NCBI GenBank assembly: GCA_000934665.2
Contig: KZ538169.1
Location: 62,001 to 109,400, forward strand
Reading direction: 5' to 3'
Source: Catajapyx aquilonaris
Taxonomy: Eukaryota
Length of the DNA: 47,400 nucleotides
Part shown: piece by piece, positions 1 to 11,500 of the stretch
How positions within the stretch are numbered: the first letter of the stretch is position 1
How the letters are laid out: each line of letters begins with the position of its first letter
Notes under the pieces: generated by a model
Told to the model about the DNA's origin: nothing
Seen by the model: only the letters and a program-made list of their open reading frames with translations
Databases searched by the model: none
Program-made: the position numbers and the translations under genes

Positions 1-411
1 CACTAATCGCATTTTGGCTGTCTTGTCGCTAGCATGCAGGCGGACTGGAGCGGGTAGATATCCGTTCTAATTGCCTGTTTACGCTCTGACGATTTGAGCC
101 TCGGTCGCACGACCAGACGCCAGTCTGGTTGTGCGACCGAGGCTCAACTCGTGGCTTAATCAGGTTCACGCCCACTTTTACCCGCAGCTAGAACTCCCCA
201 GAGATACTATCGACAGCCGATGCCGAATGGAAGTGTCACTTACTCGCATAATCATCGCAAGTTCATGCATTGACCTCGTGGCTTTTGCTATTTGGTTTTT
301 GGCGAACCTGTCCCATCCTTGTCCGAACCTGCTCTAACTAATGTTGATCTGGGTGTATGTGTGGCCATGAGGACAAGCCCCTCACTCAAGTAGTCCTCCT
401 TTCCTTCCCAG

Positions 412-3400
412 TGGACCTCCCGAATGGACAGCTCACTCCCAACAACAACACGCCGCTTCTGACGCAGGCGCTGTCGGGTAAGCACTCCTTCCGTACTAAC
501 ATGTTGGCACACCCTGTACCAATCCTGCTTTTGGATGGCATGTAGCAAATAACCCTTTCTACTCGGGACACGGTTTGGGTCACAGCGAACGGGGCTGGAT
601 AGGGGATCACATGCTCGAGCGAGAATTGGCTTCTCGCTCACGCTTTCGCTCGCGAGCTTGGGAATTCATCTTGAAGGTGTATTCACACGGTTTTCTAAGT
701 CCGCTTCTCGCGAGCGTAAAGGTGTACTCACACGCTCGCGAGAAGCGAGTTCCCGACGTTCTAGCGTGGGCGAGAGACCGACGGACGAGGGGTGCGAGAA
801 TTGCCATCTCTTCAAGCTCACGCGTTCGCTAAGTTAGTTTCTCGCCAGCTTGGGAAGCGAGTTCGTGACATTTTAGCGTGGGAGAGAATTGGCTTCTCGC
901 TCTCGCTACTACGGATTCTTGCGAGCATGTGAACGCGCCTTTAAGGTGGCGGCAGGAAGCGACTTCAGGCCACGCTTTTTGGCAGCGACCAAAAGCGTGG
1001 CGAGTTGTTGCTCGCGAGCTTGTGAACACACCTATCGCTCATAAAGCTGTGTCTACATGCGAGCGATTTGATCGGCGATGTTGCATTGAGCGAAAGTAAC
1101 AATATGTTTTCACCCCCAGACAATTGGATCTCATCGCTGCAACATCGCTGATCAAATCGCTCGCATGTAAACGAGGTCGGATTGAAACCATGGAATCTTC
1201 TGATTGGATAGATCCAATTCCAATCTCCCTATGGGTCCTGTCTTGGGTTGTTTTTTTTTACCGAGCTGCCTACTCCCTGTGCTGGGTTGACGCGCATTGA
1301 ACGTATGGGCCATTCACTCGTGATAGGACCAGAGAGCCTCGAGTGAGAGAGTCGCCAACTTGTGACGTGCCGTCGGTGGCTAGAGTAGTTATGGACTGTT
1401 TGCGTGTCCTATGGAGTTGCCATCTTGCTTTGCAATGGAAAAGTGGCCGGCTCTGACGTCACGGTCGACTCCGATTGGATACAGCCAATCAGAGGCGGTG
1501 TGACGTAAGAGGTTGGCGGCTCTCTTTCTAGAGCCTCTCTAGATAGGATTGAGAAATACAAGGTGTATTAGCTATTTCGGCACTAAGCTACTTATTTTAA
1601 GCAGTTACATTAGTGGTTGTGATTAGCTGTTGATATTAGTATGAGAGGAAATTTGTCCAAAAGCTGTTAAACTTGTCATAGCCGCTTAAACTGATTAAAT
1701 AGCCAGCTTAGTGCCTCACGTGAGCAGCAGGCGTGCCTAGTGGAGTAGATCAGCTGTCAGGGGCAGTCGATACCATCGTCCACTGATGATAGCAAGTCGG
1801 CCCCTAGACGTTGATGAATTTTGGGAACTTTAGGTCGGGTCTAATTTGGCACCGATTCTTCTCCTAACCCCCCCTCCCCCCCTGTGAGATGAATCCGGCA
1901 ACGTGAGGGGTGCACCCCCTCCCTCCCCACCCTTCTCCTCAATGGCTGTTAGCAGCGGATGAGAGTCGTTAACGCTTAATGCAGAGCCGGTTCTTAATTG
2001 AGCCAATCAGAGGAACCTCCGGGGAAAGGCGGCCAACCAATCGGAAAGTTGCAAAACTCGGAAATCTCGCGGGTTCACTAATTGTGCTCCCCGGATAATA
2101 GATAGAAAAGGTCTTTGTCTCCCCCTCTTTTGTTTCGCGCAATTGTCGAGATTGGTTGCTGGAGTCAACAATCCGTCACTTTCTTTTATTTCTACTCACA
2201 CGCTTTGAACTCCGGGTTGTTCAGCTCTCTGTTCATGTGTGCCGTATCGGTGGAAATCTCACCACGCTGCACAAGCAAATTCTCGCTCACGCTTAAATGT
2301 CGCTCGAAAACACGGATTCTCGTGAGATTAACACGGGTCAAGTTGCCTACCCTGACTGATGGTGTGCTTCCAAGCTCGCGAGAATCGGTCGTAGCGAAAG
2401 CGTGAGCGATAAGGCCATTCTCGAACCCCACAGACCTTTCGTTCACGCTAAAGAGTCTCGAATTCGCTCGTATAGTTCTTACCAGCTTGTTCAGTCGCCT
2501 TTAAAAGATGTGTTCACGAACTCGAGCTATTGGTTCGAGCGAATGGGATGCGACTCTGCAAGAATTGCGAGAAATGCTAAAAGCGAAAACCAGCGAATTT
2601 GCATTAGCGTGGGCGAGAATTGACTTCCCGCTCTCGCAGCAACACATTCTCGCGAGCTTGTGACCACAACCGCCAGGCAGGACATCAAGGGAACGGGAAG
2701 CGATATATACATGCCCCATTGTTGTTAGGCTAGAGACCCTCGAGGAAGAGAGTCGTCTACTTCTGACGTAACGTCGTCTCTGATTGGCTGGAGTAATTGC
2801 GTGTTCCATGGAGGACGCCATCTTGCGTTGCTACGGAAACAGTTGCCGGCTCTGACGTCACGGTCGACTCCGATTGGCTGGACTACTACACCCAATCGGA
2901 GTCGACAGTGACATCAGAGCCGGCCACTGTTTCCGTAGCAACGCAAGATGGCGTCCTCCATAGGGCACGCAATTACTCCAGCCAATCAGAGACGACGTGA
3001 CGTCAGAAGTTGGCGACTCTCTTCCTATTGCTAGGGGGAGTTTCGAATGTTGCGAGGTAGTTTGCGAGACGGGATTCAGAGATGCTGTGTAACTACACGC
3101 CGTTTAAACTTTGTTACCTTAAACTGTTGGTTTACAAAAATGAAGACAGCCTCTCTGAATCCCGATCTAAATGGCTTGTTTAGACTGCATGCTGATTGGT
3201 TGAGTAGAATTCCTTCCCGGTGAGCCTGTTCGATATTGGATGATCTTTACGTATCGGTAGTATCGAACAGGCCTATCCGGCATCGTAGCATATTAGGGCA
3301 GGCGCAGGTGTTGTAGAAAGACGTTTGGACCAAAAAGAGAACCGTGTCCCCAAGAGTATTTTCTCTTTCTTTTTTTGGTCCCTCCCTCCCACCCTCCACA

Positions 3401-4616
3401 TTGTGTCGTTGTATACTGAAGGTGGTTGCTGCGGAGAGGACGTCTTTTACATGAAGCGGCCTGGCTGCTGTCCCATTGCAGTGATCAACAATTATCCGCA
3501 AGGCTTTGGCCCACCGCCCTCTCCGGCCAACAACCGGGGCTTCCCCGCAGCCAACTCCCCTGGACCTCTGGACCTCTACTCCAGCAGCACCGACAGCGTG
3601 GGCTACGTGCAAGCCGCCAGCCCACAACCCTCGGGCTTCCCCACCATTACGGTAAGTCTCTCACTCACACGTCTTCTTTTGGGGAGGCTTCAGTACCCGC
3701 CACCGTCGCTCAGGTTCTGGTGGAGACTACACCAGCGCCAAAGCGGCAACTCCCTTCGGTAGGGAGGGAGCAGCTAAGGGCACGGGGCGGATGGTCTTGT
3801 CTACGGTCGCGTTGACGCACCGACCAATCAGAGAGGACCCGAGGGTCTGCTCTGATTGGTCGGCGCGGCAACGCGACCGTAGACAAGACCGTCGACAGCC
3901 AATGTGAATGGGCCTCAAGGCTGGAGAATGAGTTTCAAGGGGTTGGGTCCTGACAGGAATGTGGTAAGGGAACGAACCATTTTGTATCATAGGGAACGGA
4001 CTACTTTGTAACATAGGGAACGAACCATTTCGTAACACAGGGATCGGACCTGTTTTGTATCACAAGGAACGGTCGTGTCATGATACAGGGAACGAAGCAG
4101 AGGGTACGGGAGGTAACAAGACAGCTTTTGAGAGCCGGGGAAAACGGACATAATATCCATTGTTCACCCGAATTCAGACACTGGCGAATCTCTGCTACGT
4201 ACCCTCTCTCTGTATGCAACCCCGGAGCAATTAATTACCCGTCCTTGTACAGCCTCACAATTAAAGCAACAATGGGTCTTTGATTTAAATATCGCGATTC
4301 GCTCTGGGGTAGAAGAAGAAGACGAAGAAAGTGTGGTAGGGGAGGCTATAAATGAGGTTGTCCGCAACAAATGTCGCCAGACTCCTTATCTGGCGTTTTC
4401 AAAGCGACGATAAATCAGGAGGGTCGCTTCTTTTGTGCTCATAATCAGGAAAAGGGGTGGTCCACATGGGATGCTGGGAGGCTAAAACGTGCCTAGCCAT
4501 TCATTTTCCAGCACATACAAGCACTAATGAGTACAGTTCTCAAGTACTGAGTTTTTTTCCCAATTGTGTTTCAGGGTCCGCTCATACCCGCGGCGTTCAC
4601 AAATGGTTACCACTGA
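412..4616 (+). CDS. msi: Musashi-family RNA-binding protein, 3' partial; exons 412-477 (putative), 3482-3651, 4575-4616
   Basis: Spliced translation ...NNRGFPAANSPGPLDLYSSSTDSVGYVQAASPQPSGFPTIT|GPLIPAAFTNGYH* matches the recalled MSI1/MSI2 C-terminus (GFPGANSPGP...SAASPQP...GPLIATAFTNGYH). GT-AG sites have compatible phases (1, then 0). The RRM exons lie upstream of the window. The 66-nt exon is less certain. Confidence 0.9.
606..1033. repeat. Degenerate palindromic repeat rich in CTCGCGAG; related copy at ~2190-2670
   Basis: Both loci share GAGAATTGGCTTCTCGCTC, TACTCACACG and CTCGCGAGCTTGTGA-type blocks. Confidence 0.55.
1054..1169. mobile_element. Short palindromic MITE-like element
   Basis: TACATGCGAGCGATTTGATCGGCGATGTTGCA is inverted at 1138-1169. 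Confidence 0.7.
1330..1542. mobile_element. Internally deleted copy of the palindromic MITE family at 2730-3026
   Basis: Shares GAGAGTCGCCAAC and CCGGCTCTGACGTCACGGTCGACTCCGATTGG; both termini are present. Confidence 0.75.
2730..3026. mobile_element. Near-perfect palindromic MITE (~135-bp arms)
   Basis: 2743-2878 is the reverse complement of ~2893-3026; further copies at 1330 and 16769. Confidence 0.85.
3071..3163. repeat. Short inverted repeat
   Basis: GGGATTCAGAGATGCTGT ... ACAGCCTCTCTGAATCCC. Confidence 0.55.
3793..3890. mobile_element. Near-perfect ~98-bp hairpin, MITE remnant
   Basis: GGTCTTGTCTACGGTCGCGTTG...CAACGCGACCGTAGACAAGACC, followed by TGTGAATGGGCCT, the same terminus as at 34148-34222. 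Confidence 0.75.
3965..4100. repeat. Degenerate ~24-bp minisatellite, about 6 units
   Basis: AGGGAACGAACCATTT(T/C)GTA recurs. Confidence 0.75.
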
Positions 4617-5506
4617 GGCTTATGGCCGGCGGGAGTGCAAGGTTAGTCTTCTATGGGATGTTAATTGTTGTAGGAGTTTCAAGCCGAACCATTTTCGTCC
4701 AAATGTGTCTACATATGTATAAAATGAAAACTCACCATTTATCTGCCACGAAAAGTTTCGCACGAAAATGATGGGAAAATTTGACCCAAACCTTTTGTGA
4801 TTGATTGTATGTATGTCGGGCTATCTAGCCCACTTCCAGACTATGTATGAGGCTAAAAATTGGCACACTAATAATTCATCAAACGCCTAAAGTTTTTATA
4901 GTAAGAACAGATTCGGGCTCTTTTAAAGTACTACTAACGTGCAATGCCATCTGTGACGTGTGGTGGGGACTTTAACCAGGCTGACGACATTTATGGGACC
5001 TAAAATGTAATATAATTTTTGGACGAGATTTCGGACGAAATTTGGACGAAAATGGTTTTCCTATACTGTAATCCGCAAACCAAGAGCATCACTACTGAGT
5101 CTCCCATGGAGCATCAATTTTTAATGCTCTTTTAAGGTTTATGTTGCTGTTCAGCAGCAAAAAAAAACATTACAAGAGCATTACTAGTGAGGCTCCCATG
5201 AAGCATCAATCTATTTTAATACCTTTGTAATGCCCCTTTAAGGGTTTTTATGCTTTTTAGAAACCAAAAAAACCATTAAACCATAATGCTTTGTGGCACT
5301 TTGCGGTGTAGCCAGAGTAAAATATCCTCCAATGACAAGTAAGGTAGTTTGTGATTGGCTAGATTTTTTTTTTTTTGTTGGTATGTAACTATAACTGCAT
5401 GCCTGTCATTCTTGAACCTTGATCTGACGTCAGAGCGTCACTAGTGCATGTGACGTCAGACCGAGGTTTGACCGACTCATGGCTGACCATTACCATTTCT
5501 CGACAG

Positions 5507-8500
5507 GCTTTTTCTCCTGAGCTCGCCAGCTGTTTGGCCACTTTTGATGGATAAAAAGCAACAATACGGAGCTACAACGGGAGAAAAAAAAAGAATTAAG
5601 ATCCAGATAAATAACAATGGCAGTGTGCAAAAAAAAATATAATCATGCAAAAAATATTTGCGAGCAGCTGGTTATGAAACGGAAGGGGAAAAGATGGCGG
5701 CTGAAGGCAGCTTGTCCCCATCCGGATTAAAATTTCAAAAAAATTAATAAACTCCATATATTAACATATTTATCCTCCCCCGCCCCCTCCTCCCGTCACT
5801 ATATCCAACAATGTCCTCCCATAAACCTTCCCAATTGTTTTTAAAATAACCTCCCCCCCGAGACCCCTCTTGTGCATGTGTTATTGAGGGAGGACTCAAC
5901 TTGTTGAGAGTCCTGCCAACAGATGGCGGGGCGACAATTTTTTTTTTCTCTCCAAGATGGCGGGTCCGGGGAACGAGCCATGATGCAGTATTGAAAACCC
6001 CTCCTGAAATCCTACGATTTTTTTTTTTATTATAAATTTAAAACTGGTAGAAATAATACTTATTAGTTAGCCTTTGTTATAAATTATTATATTTTCTGCG
6101 GGCTGGATCGCCCTCATGGTTTTAAAAGAAGAAGAAAGAAAAAAAACTGGATTTTTTGAATGAAAAAAATCTGACGCTACTCCAAGGTGTGAATGTACAT
6201 TTTACGTTCTAAATGATGCATTTGTACATAGTCTAGAGGATCGTCGTAGTTATGGCACTTTTTTTTCGTCATTATTTTGATTATTTTTTTTGTTCCGATC
6301 CTATCCTCCCTAATGCCGATCTACGGACGAACCTCTGTTATAGACGTAGTAGTAGAGTCTTAGACTCATAGTTTGGTAGGTAGTTGGGCAGTCATATTAG
6401 CCATGTAGTTTGAACGTAGTTGTTTTATCCGGCTGGAGTTTGTTCTCCGGCCGCAAGGTTTCTTTTCACCAAACGGGACAGCCATTTTGAGTCCGTGACG
6501 TCACAACCCTGTTTCAGTCCATTGCTTCGGATTTGAATTATGTGATGAAATCCGGAGCAAAAAACTACCAGCACAACGATCTGTCGATGCATCCCCCCAT
6601 TTTAAGTTTCTTTATATAATATTTTACACACACAAAAAAAAATATAGAGAAAGCGGCAACTATGCAACACCGCATGCCCCGCCCACCTCTAGTGACGTCA
6701 GGATCCAAGATGGCGGGCAATTGGCCCCCTCCCTCTTCGTTCCAAAAATTTAAAAAAAAAATGAAAAACTTTTGGCGTTGAAGGAACCTTGATTCGTAGT
6801 GGTTCGTAGACCTCGACAACACATACAAAAAATGATAAAAAAGAATACATTGTTGGCTGTTGTTGTTGTCCCCCATCCTTCTCAACCCCACCCACACCCC
6901 CGTCTGAACGGTGAAGCGAGTCGGTGCGTGGCGCGCGTTTATTTGTTTTATCGTGTTCGTGTCCTTGACCTTTGACCCTCCCCCAAAAGGTGCCGACCTT
7001 CCCCCCCCCCCCTTGTTCCTAAAATTATTTATTACATACTACCCCCATACCTCCCCTCTTCCAACCCTCCCTTGTCCTTAATCAAGCCGTCTTCCGAGTT
7101 TTTCCAGCTGGCAAAAATGGGCATAAAAATACTCTCCATGAACCACCGAAAGAGGCGCTGCTGCAGGCCGCCATATTGGATCGCCAGTAAAAACCCCTCC
7201 CGGATTAGAACCGGTTTTTAAAATAGTTCAACTGCAGCAGCGTCTTGAATCTCAAAGAGTTAGTAAACTCCCCCGATTGTTGTTTTTTTTTTAAATTGAT
7301 TTTTTTTTTGTTTTTGTTTTAAAACTGCCCGTGGATGCAGACCTCGCCAGTTTTTAAGCAAATAAACCGCGATTGTAAAACCAGTCCTCCAAGTTAGTTT
7401 TTAAAAAAATATATAAGGTCCTCCCCGCTCCCTTTAAAAAAAAAAAAACCCTCCCCAGTTGTTGATTTCCACCTCTCCAGGCATCAACTCAGCAATAATT
7501 TTATGAACAAATAAATAATAATATAATAATAATAATATTAATAATAATAATAATAAATGATGATGACGATGACGATTTTTGTATACAATTCAGGGAGTAG
7601 CGGCAGCAAAGTTGTAGGTCAGAGTATTAGTTTCTCGTTCTTATGCATCTCAAAAAAAAAAAAAACCTACTTTCCCCCACCCCACCTTATGCCCCGCCCT
7701 CCTCTCTTTTAAGCCCCTCCCATTCCCTCTCCATTCAAAGGGTATAATTTAAAGAATTTAAAAATCCAACAATTAAACAATGTGAAGAAGAGGAAGAAGA
7801 AGAAAAAATATTTTGAAAAAGAGCGTATCGCGGGACTCTTTTTTGAACGATAGGCCTTTGGCGGCACTCAGTATTTGTAATTTGTGCGTATCCTTAAACG
7901 TGCATTTATCCGCGAAAAAATGGGAATGATGGTGATGGTGCGTGACGATGGTGATTAAATAATAATTAATAATAATAATAATAATGTAATAATAATATTA
8001 ATAATAATAATAACTTTGTTGTCACTTGTCCGTTGTTGATCACTGATATGCAATGTAGCCTGTGTAACTTTGAGATGCTACAGAAGCATTTAATAAACCC
8101 CCTTTTAGAGGATTTTAAAAAAAAGGACTCCTTTGCGAAAAAAAAAACAACTCTGAACTTAGATCGTAATTCTATGAAAATGTAGGGATCGGGTTTTCTA
8201 CAGTCAGTTTTTTGAGTTTGATCCGATTTTTTTTTAGGCAGCGAAAACCCCGTTTTTGCGTTATGTGTGGCGTTTTATTTTTTTAAATAAACAAGCACTG
8301 CCGTTATTTGGATAAACAACGTATCTTGACGGCTGAATTCGGATGTGGCCCCAACTGCGGCCAATAGGGAGAGGCCTTACAGTAGATTCTCCTTAAGAGG
8401 CTGCGTCCGAAACTCGCTACACTTATGATCTCAGTTTTTTTCGCGTTTTTTATTTAATAATTGTTTAAAAAAAAATAAACTTTAGCAATAAACAGGCAGG

Positions 8501-11500
8501 TTTTAATCTTCCTCTATTGTTAGTTAGGTTTGTTCTTAGCGACGTGTTCTCAAACGAAATGGAAACCGTTCTTCCGCAAATCACCGTCCCAAAGTTATGT
8601 CGTAATAACCGGGGTTTCGCTGTAAATATATCTCCGGGGGGAGAAAATATAATACATAAAACACATATTGTCCTGACAAAATGTTCTTTCCCCAAAAACT
8701 CTTTTTTTTTAATTTAAAAAAAAAGGTCCGGAGGTCGGGGGGTCAAATAGTGTTGACCTCACGTTTGTCGCAAACCGACGGTAGTGTGTACATACATGCG
8801 TGAGAGTGTGCGAATCGCAAGACTTTGAGAGACTGAGCATAGTTTACAAGCCGAGGGGTAGTTTTAAACTTTAAAAAAAATGAGAGAAAAATACAGGAAC
8901 TTAGGAATAGCGCGTCGTAAGTCTTGACTTTAAAAAAAAATGCCACGTAGAGTCGAAGTCGTTGTTTCGTAGATTATAAAGCGGGTTCTAAAACCTGCTT
9001 TTGTCAGCAATAAAACACTGCAAAGATTTGATGAAGAGAATATATTAAGTGTATTTCCCCGCCTTGAGGCGACAGAATTTGTATGGAGCAACGACAGATG
9101 GGGCGCGACGCCAAAAATTTTTATTGGGCGGATTTGTACGTTGGATTTGGATAGGGAAAAGAAAACTGCGCATGCGCGGTTGGCGTGTGATGGTCTGCGC
9201 AGCCCGTTTTTGCGCATGGCAGCCGAATCTGCGCGCGGAATGACGGAAAAGCTTTAAAATAAACTAATAAAATCGAAAGCCTCCTGTTAACTAATAACTA
9301 ATACTTCTTGTTGATGCCTGCCGGTTGCTATATACACGAATCGAGCTTTCGGTCTATCCCCCTATTTATTTTTTGATTTTAGAATTCGTCTCCCCCCCGC
9401 TCCTATCCTTGTCCTGTACCATTTTCCAAACAAATGACCTGACCTTGACCCCCGCTCTGACCCTAATGAGAGAAAATACCCATCCAAAAAAAAGAAAAAT
9501 AAACACGTATGTTTTTAAAAACACCACCAAAAGGGAGTTCAGTGTTGTCTGTTGTAATCGTCACTTGTCTAATGGTGTCTAACTTTAGATGTTGCCATTT
9601 GCACCTCCGCCGTGTGAGATATACGAGAAAAACACACCACAGTACATAAGCGAAATATTTAAAAAAAGAAATCCCCCCCCCCAAAAAAAAACTTTAAAAA
9701 AAGACGTTTAACCCCCCCCCCNNNNNNNNNNNNNNNNNNNNNNNNNNNNNNNNNNNNNNNNNNNNNNNNNNNNNNNNNNNNNNNNNNNNNNNNNNNNNNN
9801 NNNNNNNNNNNNNNNNNNNNNNNNNNNNNNNNNNNNNNNNNNNNNNNNNNNNNNNNNNNNNNNNNNNNNNNNNNNNNNNNNNNNNNNNNNNNNNNNNNNN
9901 NNNNNNNNNNNNNNNNNNCCCCCGCACAATTTTTTTTTTACACACAATAATTGTATCCACATTGTAGTAACGCTGTAGCCATGTTGGATGTTGCATTCGG
10001 TTGGACAACATATCTGGTTTTGAAAAGAAAAAAAATTGTGATGTCATGTAGCGTCACAACAATGACCTCACAACAATCCCCCTCTTTCCACCCACCCGTA
10101 CCTACCCCCCCTCCCACCGAGTTCCTCCCAACAAGCGCCATGTTCACACATATGTTCCTTCAAATTTTTTTTTGTACTAAAAATATTTTTTGGGGGGCAA
10201 CCAATAATTTAAAATGTTATTAATTAATGCTATTTATAAGAGTTGTGACTTATGTACCAATGTACTGTACTTCATTTTTTTGCGTTTTTTTAAAAAAAAG
10301 GTGAAGAATAACTTGGGTTTTAAACTATGACAAAATGGCGGTTAGGTCAAAAGGTCGCGACCTTTAAACAATTTTTCAGACAATAATGAACAAGCCCTCT
10401 CAATTTTTCAATAATCAGATTGATATATAAAAAAACATGGCCGTCGTTTTTTTTTTACGAAATAAAGCGACCGGCAGCTCACATTCCACATATCAACTTT
10501 AACGTATGTGTGACGCAATCACTCATTTTTCCTTCATTTTATTCTTACGAGGAAACTGAATCTACGAAATCGACCTTTGACCTCACCGCCATTTAAAACA
10601 TGTTTATTAATTGTGTATGTACAGGGAGGGGGGCAACCTACTTCTGACACCAATCTTACTATTTCTGGTTTATTTTTTATGGGTGAAAATAATTCCAAAA
10701 AAATATATATGACGTCTCCCCCCCTCCAGATTTTCAAACAAAAACTATTTTTTTGGTTCCTCACTTATAAACTGGCCTGCCCAAAAAAAATTTGCCCAAA
10801 TTTTTTTTAAAGCCAATTGTTGCCAGGTGTGGAGCCAAAAATGGGTGCAACTATACACAAAAAATACACACACACACATTCACACACTTAAAAAATATAT
10901 ATAAATATAAAAAAATAATAAAAAATAAAACACAACATGTGCAAGTGTCTTGTGATAAGCCGAACCCCACACTGTTGGGTTACGGACCTTCGTTGTTGTC
11001 TTTTTAGAGTTCGGGAAAAAATAATGATGATTAAAAGAGGAAAGAATTTTGAAAGAAAAAAAATAATCAATTTTTTCCCCCCCCCCAGAAAGAAGTAGGG
11101 TTGGCATCACATAGTGCGTAGCATGAATTTTAAAAAATAAAAATAAAGTTGAGACGAAAAATCAAATGGAGGGGTTCATACCCCCTCACCCACCCCCCCT
11201 GTCATACCCCCTTTGACCTTTGACCCTCCCCTCCCCCTCTTCGAAAAATGCTCACTTTGACCTACAGGTGACGTAATAATTATACACCAACTGCAACAAA
11301 GAGGTATCTAGCTTAGCTGTATTTAAAAAAACAAAAATAGCCAATAGTCCAAAAAAAACGAATTTTCAAACAAAAAATAATAAATATGTGTAGACACGAG
11401 TTGGAGAAAAATAATGGAGATTAAACTTCCATAGTATAAAACTATGTAAATTTTTTTAAAAAGGGCTGTCAACACTAGCGGGAGCTTCAAGTTGGACGGG

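Noticed and set aside
31..57. Possible Musashi micro-exon (MQADWS)
   Set aside because: Weak donor and no way to confirm the phase within the window.
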